Shown piece by piece: positions 40,038-49,277 of a DNA stretch of 64,000 bases; positions within the stretch are counted from its first letter, which is position 1, and each line of letters begins with the position of its first letter. The DNA lies in NCBI GenBank assembly GCA_963797095.1, contig CAWCNY010000006.1, forward strand, positions 960,001 to 1,024,000, given 5' to 3'. The notes under the pieces were generated by a model that was given only the letters and a program-made list of their open reading frames with translations, did not search any database and was not told the DNA's origin. Source of the DNA: an uncultured Chloroflexia bacterium (GTDB taxonomy: Bacteria > Chloroflexota > Chloroflexia > QHBQ01 > JADMIH01). Both the position numbers and the translations under genes were made by a program.

Positions 40038-41564
40038 TCAATCGAGCACCAGATCGTGAGGGCCGCTTTCGCGCAGACCGGCAGGAGTGATGCGAACGAA
40101 GCGGGCATTTTGCCAAAGTTGATCGAGGTTGTGAGCATTGGAATAGCTCATGCCTGAGCGCAGCCCACCGACCAATTGGAAAAGGACTTCACGAGCAGGT
40201 CCGCGATAGGGGACCATAGCTTCCACGCCCTCGGCGACCACCTGGGATAGCCACTCGTCATCTTCCTGGCGGGTTATGTCCGTAAGCTCTTGTTCACGCT
40301 TCTTGCGGGCGACCGTGGCGCTGACAGAAGCCATACCCCGGAAGGTCTTGTAGCGCCCGCCTCGGCGAGTGACGATCTGACCAGGGCTTTCATCGGTGCC
40401 TGCGAGAAGAGAGCCTATCATGACGGTGGATGCACCTGCGGCGAGAGCTTTGGCGATGTCCCCGGAGGTCTTGATGCCACCATCAGCGATGAGCGGTACG
40501 CCGCGCTTATGGCAGACATCGGCGCATTCCATTACGGCTGTTAACTGAGGCACGCCCGCACCCGTGACGATGCGGGTGGTGCAGGCAGCGCCGGGACCGA
40601 CGCCAACTTTTACGGCGTCTACGCCCGCCTCAATGAGGTCGAGCGCGCCTTCGCGCGTGGCGACGTTGCCAGCGATTACATCTATGTTGGGCCAGCGCTC
40701 CTTTAGCCCCTGGACTACAGAGATGACAGCCTCAGAATGTCCATGGGCTACATCCACTACCAGCACGTCCGTGCCTGCGTCGAGAAGGGCCTCCGCGCGC
40801 TCCATTGCGTCATCCGTGACACCGATGGCCGCGCCCACCAGAAGATGACCGCGGCGGTCTTTGATGCCCTGGGGGTTATCTCCTGAGTGAGCGAGGTCGT
40901 AGGCGGTGATGAGACCAACGACACGACCATCTTCGACAAGAGGAAGCTTTTCGATCTTATGCCGCGCAAATAGCTCAGAAGCTTCTTCGAATGAGATATC
41001 GGCTGGAGCTGTGACAAGTTTCTGGCGAGGGGTCATTACGTCGCCTACGGCAAGGTCCGGATTACGGACGAAGCGCACATCGCGGGCCGAGAGAAGGCCG
41101 GCAAGCCTGCCTGCATCGTCGACCACTACAAGGCCCGAAACATCGCGTCGCTCCATCGCGGCACGGGCGCGTTCGACCGTCTCATCTGGGGAGATGGTAT
41201 AGGGTTGAGGGATTACGAAGGACTCGGCGCGTTTGACGCGGCGAACCTCGTCGGCCTGGGCCGCTATGGGGAGGAAGCGGTGGATAATGCCTATGCCACC
41301 CTGGCGGGCCATCTCGATTGCCATGGCGTGCTCCGTGACGGTGTCCATATTAGCGGAAACGATAGGGATGTTGAGGCGGACGTTGCATGAGAGGAGGGTG
41401 GTGGTGGATACATCACGCCGCGACTTCACGGTAGTGCGTTGAGGGACGAGGAGGACATCGTCATAACTGAGGCCGAGAGGGATGTCGGATTTTGGGCTTT
41501 GGATCTTGGATTTTGGATTATGTGAGTTGGTTTTGCGGTTATTGGTGTCGCGGGTGGTCGGCAT
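40038..41564 (-). CDS. guaB: IMP dehydrogenase with CBS pair
   Basis: [38 protein letters not shown]; ATG 41564 with AAGGAG and upstream TGcTATAAT (41593-41601). Confidence 0.95.
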   Translation of the reverse strand: MPTTRDTNNRKTNSHNPKSKIQSPKSDIPLGLSYDDVLLVPQRTTVKSRRDVSTTTLLSCNVRLNIPIVSANMDTVTEHAMAIEMARQGGIGIIHRFLPIAAQADEVRRVKRAESFVIPQPYTISPDETVERARAAMERRDVSGLVVVDDAGRLAGLLSARDVRFVRNPDLAVGDVMTPRQKLVTAPADISFEEASELFARHKIEKLPLVEDGRVVGLITAYDLAHSGDNPQGIKDRRGHLLVGAAIGVTDDAMERAEALLDAGTDVLVVDVAHGHSEAVISVVQGLKERWPNIDVIAGNVATREGALDLIEAGVDAVKVGVGPGAACTTRIVTGAGVPQLTAVMECADVCHKRGVPLIADGGIKTSGDIAKALAAGASTVMIGSLLAGTDESPGQIVTRRGGRYKTFRGMASVSATVARKKREQELTDITRQEDDEWLSQVVAEGVEAMVPYRGPAREVLFQLVGGLRSGMSYSNAHNLDQLWQNARFVRITPAGLRESGPHDLVLD

Positions 41565-41620
41565 TATAGGTGCTCCTTGGGTGTTCTGGTGAATTATAGC
41601 AGTTATGTAGGAGCATGGAC

Positions 41621-41642
41621 CATTCAAACAGTTGTTTGAATG
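41621..41642. promoter_or_regulatory. Perfect palindrome, candidate operator in the guaB divergent region
   Basis: CATTCAAACA-GT-TGTTTGAATG. Confidence 0.5.
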
Positions 41643-42977
41643 AGGTCTGTACCTTGAGGAAGCGTGTGTATCCCGGTAAGCTGAAGGCGCAAGCTGTATA
41701 ATTGGCCCGAAAACATACGGCTTTCAGAGAGTTCACACTGTGCAAAGTAACTCAACCTCGTTCTCAGGAGAACCGACGCCTTACTCCCGCGTCCATCTAG
41801 TGATCTTTGCCTGCATTCTGGTTGTCTATGCTATTACCATTAGCGTTTACAACCTGAGCATCCCGGTAGGCGAAGCACCTGATGAGGTGGCGCATATTGA
41901 GAATGTACAGGTGATCTTGCGTAGTGGCGAATTACCGACGATACCTCTCGATTCACCGCGTTATTCCTACGAAGCCGAACAGCCACCTTTGTACTATTTG
42001 TTTGAGGCTGGTTGGATCGGATTACTCTGGCCTGGTCTTGCCTTCCATGGGTCTGGTTGCCTTCCTCCCAGGATTCGGGTTTACTTCTGCTACAGTAAAT
42101 AATGATGCGCTTGCAGCTACCGGAGGTGCAGCGGTCGTGTTCATGTGTGTATATACTCCGGAAGGGTGTAAACAGCAGGGTGGCACTGTCGACAGGCATG
42201 GTATTGGGGCTGGGTCTGTTGGCAAAGCATTCTTTGTTGGTGCTGGCGCCCCTTGTGATGGCTCTGCCGTTTTTCCTACTTATGAGTAAGTGGCCGGAAA
42301 GACGCTCAAGAACAAGAGAAGCAATATTGATGTCGGCTATGGTGCTACTGGGGACGGTGGTTGTAGGGGTGTGGCCGTTTGCCAGTGATTTTGTTGAGTA
42401 TGGCGACCCATTTGCAAGCGCTGCAACGGCGGCAGTCAAGAATGAGATCGCTTCACCATTGCAAGGGAAGCCGGGGTTCTGGCTTTCACCGGGGTATTTC
42501 ATCGGGCTGTACAACTCGTTCTGGGGCACATTCGGCATTCGCAATATTGACCTACCGAATCTGCTTTACGCTGGATACTATGTGTTGTTCTTGTTATCGG
42601 TGATAAGTCTGGTGTTGAACCGTAAGAAGGTACTGCGACAGGAGCGCGGCACCATATGGGTCTGCCTGGCGGTGCTGCTGTTGGTGAATATAGGAGTAGG
42701 GTACCAGAATACCCAGTTTTGGGCCGTACAAGGCAGACTTCTGTTACCTGCGGCAGCCGCGTTAGCTTTACTCATTGGAAGGGGCTTCGTCTTGATAGGC
42801 GGGCGTATTCTACCTGAAGGCCGTTCTCGGTACTACGCGCTAGTACTAGTTTGTGGTGCGAAATGCGGTCGCAAGGCCCGGAGCAGCACGTGACACTGCC
42901 ATCAAGACTGATATTTCGCACCATCGTGTTTCTGGGTGTCGTAGGTTGGCACTTGGCACATCGCCACCTAATCTGGT

Positions 42978-44614
42978 TCACGCCGCTTGCTTCCTCACCG
43001 CTATCCCAGCCCTGGTCCTGGCTCCGACCCTGGCTCCAGCCCTGCGTTGTGCTGCCCGTGCTATCTGTGTATCAGCGATCTTCCCCAGGTTCGCTGTCAC
43101 AATACCCCACCCTACCCTTCGCCACATCCCCTCCTCCTCGTGATCCCGACCTGTCTCCAGCCCGTAATCCCTCTTCAGCACCCAAATCCGCCCTTCGATC
43201 CCCGCTCGGAACCGGAACCCGCATCTGAACCAGCGCTGATGTTCCAGTGCCTGTCTCTCCTTGCTCACTCGCCCAGTGTGTGGCAACACAATCCGCTTCA
43301 CCCCCAGTTGGCGTGCCAACGCCTCGTTCGCCCTCGAATAGGTGCCACGATCTCCAGCCAGCATGTCCGGTGGGTGCCCGAAACGCTCTTGATGTGTGGC
43401 TAAGCTTCTCGGCAGTTCCATCAGGTCCAAGCCCCCGCCCTCGTCCATCAATCGATACTCGCTGATGATCCCTCCCTCAACTTCCCCCAACCACACTTTG
43501 CGTCCGAATTCGGTTGGCTTGCCTGCCTTGTGACGCTGGATGACCTGGGTGTGCGGTTCAAACAGAGAGCGCAACTTCTCGCCACTTCGAACCGCTATTA
43601 AGGATAACCCTGATACGGCTTATGATAGTTCAAACAGAGAGAGCAACTTCTCGCCACTTCGAACAGGTTCGCCCTGCAGCACTCGGCGTCGAGCCTGCTC
43701 TATCGCCTGCCCACCAGAGGCAGAAAGTGCTCCAACTGCTCGATGATGCGCCTTACCTGCCCCTGCCGTGCCCGGGTTGCAGAGTGCTCGGTAAGCTTGG
43801 CCCTGGAGAAGGTGTCGGCGAGGGTGGCGAGAGCATCGTGCACTTGATTCGCCTGCTTGGCAGTGGCCTGGGCGATACCCAGCAGCCTGGCATAGGCTGC
43901 CTTGAGTTGCTCGGCAGCCTCTTCCCCTTTGCGGCGGGCCACCCGATGAAGTTGTTGAGCGATACGCCGGACCGAGCGGGTACGGCTGCGAAATGCCCCT
44001 TTCAGGCCGCCCTTCAGGATGGTCGTCCCTATGGTCGTCCCTTCTCCCACTTCTCCCAGCTTTTCTCCCAGCACGGTTTTGGCTTTGTGCAACAGCCGAC
44101 TGAGCACACGAACTCCATCACCAACAATGGCGCTGTCTGTTGGATAATGGATATTGGTCTGCACAACGGTGCTGTCCACGCGCAGTTTGCGCCCCCTAGT
44201 CACCTTGAGTTGAGTGGCCAACTCCACTACTCGATCGTTGACCCTGGCAAGAGTATCCGGACCGACAAGGTTGGCCCATCGGATGAGAGTGGTATCGTCG
44301 GGGACGGGCTGGAGATAGAGGCGGCAGAACTGGCGTAAGACCAGGCTATCCGAGACGAAGTGTTCGGTTTGTTCGTAGCTCCAATCGTACAGGCGGCGAA
44401 CGATGAGCATACGCAGGATCACCTCAACTGGGGTGGAGTGACGCCCCCTAACCAGGGTGTGAGGATAACGCTTAGCCAGGTCAGCCTTGACCTGCTCGAA
44501 GATCTCATCGTCTTTTAGCAACTGGTCCAACTCAGCTAGCTCCGGTTCCATCTCCAATTGCAACTTGGGCACCAGTTCAAAGAGGTTTACAGGGTCATAT
44601 CGTTCGATTATCAC
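42978..44614 (-). pseudogene. IS5/ISNCY-like DDE transposase, broken
   Basis: GRHSTP, VPDDTTL, RVDSTVV..NIHYPTD, SLFEPH, EFGRK, AGDRG, RAGIEGRI; frameshift near 43710 and a 72-bp insertion at 43556-43664. Confidence 0.88.
43556..43664. CRISPR. Minimal CRISPR-like unit (two 37-bp repeats, one 35-bp spacer) inside the transposase gene
   Basis: GTTCAAACAGAGAG(C/A)GCAACTTCTCGCCACTTCGAAC at 43556-43592 and 43628-43664; spacer cgctattaaggataaccctgatacggcttatgata; no cas genes in the window. Confidence 0.45.
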
Positions 44615-44985
44615 GTTATTGAGCCTCCGGTTGAGTTTTGGATCATGGGCAACTTAATCCTAACTCACCAAGGCTCATCTTGTCATTTCGCACCCCAAAC
44701 TAATACTAGGCGTGTTGCTGTGCGCGCTAATTGTAGCGGATTGGTATGCGCTGATCGTGTATGTGCTTCAAGTCTATTATGGCTGACGGGTATATTTGAG
44801 GCCCTGCCCAGCCCAACTGAAAGATTGAAAGGGTCGTTTTCTTTTATAATAGTCCCATGTTTGTCGTAGCCAGCAATAAAATGAAATAAGAACAGGTTAT
44901 TCGTTATCGGCACCAAACCTAGCGAAGCATAGCACCGGATGGCGAAACCCGCCGGCTATCCGGGTAGCGGAGAGGAGATACTACT

Positions 44986-47427
44986 GTGTTTGAGTTTGAT
45001 ACAGCTATTTCCAGCGTTGTGGAGGTACAGGGGGAACTGCAACCACGATCTTCTGGCGAGCCAATTGAGGGACCATTGTCGGCGGAGATGCTGGATAAGA
45101 TGCAAAGGTACTGGCAGGCAGCTAACTACCTGACAGTTGGACAGATCTATTTGCAGACAAACCCTCTTTTGAGGGAGCAATTGAAGCCTGAGCATATCAA
45201 GCCACGGTTGCTGGGTCACTGGGGTACTTCGCCGGGGCTTAGCTTCATCTATGTGCATCTGAACCGGCTGATCAACGAGCATGATGCTAATGTGATCTAC
45301 CTGGCGGGGCCGGGGCACGGAGGGCCTGCGATCGTCGCCAATGTGTACCTTGAGGGAACTTATTCGCAGATATATCAGGAGGTCACTCAGGACATGTCGG
45401 GGATGCGGCGGCTTTTCCGGCAATTCTCGACACCAGGTGGAATACCGAGCCATGTGAGCGTGACCACGCCCGGATCAATTCACGAGGGGGGTGAGCTTGG
45501 GTATGTGCTGGCACACGCATTCGGGGCGGCGTTCGACAACCCCGACCTGATAGTGGCGGCTGTAGTGGGAGATGGCGAGGCAGAGACCGGACCGTTGATG
45601 GCATCGTGGAGAGGGACTAGCTTCCTCAACCCGGCACGAGATGGGGCAGTGCTCCCGATCCTGCACCTGAACGGCTACAAGATCGGCGGGCCGACGGTAC
45701 TAGGGCGCGACTCGGACGAGGATGTGCGTGCTACGATCGAGGGGAACGGATATGATGTGTATTTCGTGGAAGGCGATGAACCTGCCAGGATGCACCAGCA
45801 GTTCGCCGCCACCCTGGAGACGTGCTATGCACGCATTCGTGCTATCCAGGAGGACGCGCGGAAGAACGGTGTAAGCGGGCGGCCACGGTGGCCTGCTATT
45901 GTGCTGCGAACACCAAAGGGTTGGACCGGGCCGGCGGTGGTAGGTGGAATGCCGATTGAAGGAACGTTCCGAGCGCATCAGGTGCCGTTGAGCGACGTTC
46001 GGGGAGAGCCAAAGCAATTGGAGCAACTGGAAGAGTGGATGCGCAGCTACCAGCCTGATGATGTGTTTGATGTGAACGGGAAACTGATAGCAGAACTGGG
46101 CGCGCTTGCGCCGCGCGGGCTGAGACGGATGGGGTCCAATCCACACGCCAATGGAGGGAAACTGCTGGTAACATTGCGAGTGCCTGACTTTCGCAAATAC
46201 GCCCTGGAGGTGGCAAAACCTGCGACCGAGTGTGCCGAGTTGACGAGGCAACTGGGGAAGTTGATGCGGGACATCTATGTACAAAACGCCCAGGATGCCA
46301 ACTTCCGTCTCTTCTGCCCGGACGAAACCAACTCTAACCGCCTTGGCAACGTATTCGAGATAGAGAATCGCTGCTTCGTGGGCGAAACGATCTCGATTGA
46401 CGATCATGTATCGCCCAATGGGCGGGTGATGGAGGTACTCAGCGAGCATCTTTGCGAAGGTTGGTTGGAGGGATACTTGCTTACCGGGCGGCACGGCCTG
46501 TTCGCTACTTATGAAGCATTCTCGATGGTGTCGGCTTCGATGACGGTGCAGCATACAAAGTGGATGCAGGAGGCAATTGAGCTACCGTGGCGGGAGTTGA
46601 TCGCGTCGTTGAATATCCTGTTGACTTCGACTTGCTGGCGGAACGACCACAACGGATTCAGCCATCAAGGGCCGGGGCTGATCGATGTGATGCTGTCGAA
46701 GCGGGGCACTGTAGCGCGCATCTACCTGCCGCCTGACGCGAATTGCCTGCTGTCGGTGGCAGATCATTGCTTCAGGAGTCGCAACTATGTGAACCTGATC
46801 GTGATCGACAAGCAGCCTCAGCTTCAGTGGCTCGACATGGACTCGGCTATAGAACACTGCGAGCGCGGGGCCTCGATATGGCATTGGGCGAGCAACGACA
46901 ATGGTGAGGAGCCGGATGTGGTGCTGGCGTGCGCGGGTGATATCGTGACTATGGAGATCGTGGCGGCGGCGTGGTGGCTGCGGAAGAACATACCGGAACT
47001 GAAGGTGCGGGTGGTGAACGTTGTGGACCTGATGACGCTCTTTCCGCCTGCCTTCCACCCGCATGGTATGAACGAAACTGACTTCGTGAATATGTTCACG
47101 GCGGATAAGGATGTAATCTTCGCTTTCCACGGGTACCAGCGGGCGATACACCAGATCATACATGGGCGGGCGAACCCGGAACGCTTCCATGTTCGCGGAT
47201 TCAACGAGCAAGGGACGACCACCACACCGTTCGATATGGTGGTGCTGAACAAGACAAGCCGGTATGACCTGGTGAACGATGTGGTGAATAACGTGCCCAA
47301 GATGCGGCAGCGCAGGCCGGAGATCAATGACATCTGCGACCAGTTGCTCGCCAGGGCAAAGGCGTATTCGCTTGAGCATCTTGAAGACCCGCCGGAGATC
47401 CGCGATTGGGTATGGACCGACGATTGA
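44986..47427 (+). CDS. xfp: Xylulose-5-phosphate/fructose-6-phosphate phosphoketolase
   Basis: [38 protein letters not shown]. Confidence 0.95.
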   Translation: MFEFDTAISSVVEVQGELQPRSSGEPIEGPLSAEMLDKMQRYWQAANYLTVGQIYLQTNPLLREQLKPEHIKPRLLGHWGTSPGLSFIYVHLNRLINEHDANVIYLAGPGHGGPAIVANVYLEGTYSQIYQEVTQDMSGMRRLFRQFSTPGGIPSHVSVTTPGSIHEGGELGYVLAHAFGAAFDNPDLIVAAVVGDGEAETGPLMASWRGTSFLNPARDGAVLPILHLNGYKIGGPTVLGRDSDEDVRATIEGNGYDVYFVEGDEPARMHQQFAATLETCYARIRAIQEDARKNGVSGRPRWPAIVLRTPKGWTGPAVVGGMPIEGTFRAHQVPLSDVRGEPKQLEQLEEWMRSYQPDDVFDVNGKLIAELGALAPRGLRRMGSNPHANGGKLLVTLRVPDFRKYALEVAKPATECAELTRQLGKLMRDIYVQNAQDANFRLFCPDETNSNRLGNVFEIENRCFVGETISIDDHVSPNGRVMEVLSEHLCEGWLEGYLLTGRHGLFATYEAFSMVSASMTVQHTKWMQEAIELPWRELIASLNILLTSTCWRNDHNGFSHQGPGLIDVMLSKRGTVARIYLPPDANCLLSVADHCFRSRNYVNLIVIDKQPQLQWLDMDSAIEHCERGASIWHWASNDNGEEPDVVLACAGDIVTMEIVAAAWWLRKNIPELKVRVVNVVDLMTLFPPAFHPHGMNETDFVNMFTADKDVIFAFHGYQRAIHQIIHGRANPERFHVRGFNEQGTTTTPFDMVVLNKTSRYDLVNDVVNNVPKMRQRRPEINDICDQLLARAKAYSLEHLEDPPEIRDWVWTDD

Positions 47428-47454
47428 AAACCTGATTATCGGAGGGATTTTGTC

Positions 47455-47497
47455 AAATAAACAGAATGGGTGCCTCGCTACCCATTCTGTTTATTTT
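47455..47497 (+). terminator. Intrinsic terminator after xfp
   Basis: 17-bp arms aaataaacagaatgggt/acccattctgtttattt. Confidence 0.8.
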
Positions 47498-47514
47498 GCC
47501 GGTAAGCTCTCAGA

Positions 47515-49118
47515 TTAAGGGTGGGAGGGCTGGGAGAGGAGGGCCAAGCACTGGTCAAAGGGGTTGAGACCCTTAGCTCGCCAGGTGCCGAACAGGGTAG
47601 CCAACGTCATCCGGGTGGCTGATCCCTTGGGCGATTGACTACCACCCGATACCTTGCGCATCACCACCACAGGACGGATTGACCGTTCCGCCAGGTTGTT
47701 GTCAGAGGATAAGGTGGGCACTATCACGAACTGGAATAACTCCTCCTGGTGGCGCAGCAGTCTCTTGCACAAGGTGTGGCATGGGTGCTTGCTCTTTGGG
47801 GGCCGTTACCGTTCTTGCCCCCGCCCCCGCCCCCGCCCCCGCCCCCGCCCCTGCCCTGTGGCCCTTGTTTGCCCCCGCCCTGTGGCCCGAACTCCTTGGC
47901 ATCGGCATACTGCGCACCTAGCTTGGCAACCCCTTCCACCAACCGCCGGTACTCTCTTACACGCTGCTCCCACTTGTGTGGCTCTTTTGTGGCTTCGTCT
48001 GCAGTGGGAGGGCCAAGTTCGTGTTCTTCCAACAGCTTATGGGCATCATCGTACAGTGCTCGCACTCCCCTGGCCCATTCATGCACTTCCTCGTTAGTGG
48101 GGTTGGTAGGGTTGGTAGGGTTGGTAGGGTTGGTAGGGTTGGTAGGGTTGATGGGGTTGATGGGGTGCTCCTCTTTCAGCTTATGCAAATCACGGAGCAG
48201 ATGTGCCCAGCACCGCTGGTGCTCTCCTGGGAAGTCGTTGTAGCCACCGTAGAAGTCACTCGACATTACTTGACCCTTTTCCCCAAAGTTAGACCCCATT
48301 ATTCGTTTGGCTACCGCTCCCCCTCGGCTCTGGTCGTACTCGTACAATCGCTCTCCATCGGGCGTGAAGAAGCCCCAGATATAGCCGTTTTGTCCCCCTT
48401 CTCGCCAGGTGGTTTCGTCACCATGTACCACATGGCTATGGCTCCTTCGAACCCTCTTCTTTATGGAGGCAGCAGCCTCCTTCAGAGGTTCGGCTTGCAC
48501 CATTCGATGCAACAACTCCACAACCTCACCCGAAGAGATGGTCAACTTGTGTATGGTGTACAGGTACTCTTTTATGAGGAGGAGGGGCATCCTCAACGAT
48601 GTGCGCAGATGAGCTATGAGGGAGGCGATACGCACCCCCATTCTGCCTTGCCCAATCACCTGACCTGTAAGGTCGACAGTGGGGTAGTGCCACCTCCCAC
48701 AACGAGCACACCACCCCTTGAATAGCTGGTGCTCGGTGACTTGCACAGGAGGGGGTGGAGGGAGTTCTATCACCTGGCGTCTGGAGGCGAGTTGGTGCTG
48801 ACGAAGGGTGTAGCCACAATCGGGACACTGCTGCAGGTGGTGCTCAATTGTTGAGGTGGGCGATTGTTCACGGCGGCGGGCACCATTGTGCTCTTTAGCT
48901 CTGGGGCGTCTGGGAGGCTTTGGGGTGTTGTTCTTCTTGGGAGTGGAGGGCTTGACGAATGATGGGGCACCTGGCGAGCCAGAGCCAGAGGCTAGCTGTG
49001 TCTGCATCTGCTCCAACCTGGCTTCCAACTCGGCGATGCGCTCCAGAGCAAGGCGCAATTGCTCTTTGAGTTGTGCATTCTCTGCCCGCAGATGGGCTAG
49101 TTCTTCTTCCAGGTTCAT
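47515..49118 (-). pseudogene. IS66 transposase with one frameshift near 47790 and repeat expansions
   Basis: Leucine zipper, CPDCG..CARCG, HGDETTW, SDFYGGY, QRCWAHLLRD, DNNLAERSIR. Confidence 0.88.
48092..48166. repeat. 9-bp tandem repeat in the IS66 transposase (encodes NPI/NPT run)
   Basis: (gggttggta)5(gggttgatg)2. Confidence 0.9.
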
Positions 49119-49182
49119 ACTTCATAGAATACAGTGGAAATTGCTCCACCTCAAGTCTGACCGCATACTTTTGCCGGAAGCT

Positions 49183-49211
49183 TTGCCGTGCGTGGGTTGT
49201 AGTGATATAAT
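49183..49211 (+). promoter_or_regulatory. Promoter of the aconitase gene
   Basis: TTGCCG, 17-bp spacer, TATAAT with extended TG. Confidence 0.6.
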
Positions 49212-49277
49212 ATTAGTTGGAATCAAAAGAGCCCGCTCCAAAAAGAAGCGAAAGAGCCAGAAGAGGAGTTCCTTGCA

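Larger units (their letters stand above)
42844..44705 (-). mobile_element. IS5/ISNCY-like insertion sequence (degenerate)
   Basis: Inverted ends TA(C/T)TAGTTTG(T/G)GGTGCGAAATG; CTAG on both flanks (42840-42843, 44706-44709). Confidence 0.9.
41740..44786 (+). pseudogene. Membrane glycosyltransferase-like gene (GT-C; PDE..H, QPPLYY, VNND, QGR), frameshifted and interrupted by an IS
   Basis: Pieces in three frames across 41740-42843; after removing the IS the frame continues GVLLCALIVADWYALIVYVLQVYYG* to 44786. Confidence 0.75.
47502..49168 (-). mobile_element. IS66-family element (single-ORF, ISBst12-like)
   Basis: Ends GTAAGCTCTCAGA / GTATGCGGTCAGA; 8-bp target duplication ttttgccg (47494-47501, 49169-49176). 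Confidence 0.92.

Noticed and set aside
44935-44963. Riboswitch upstream of xfp
   Set aside because: A single 9-bp hairpin with no recognisable aptamer.
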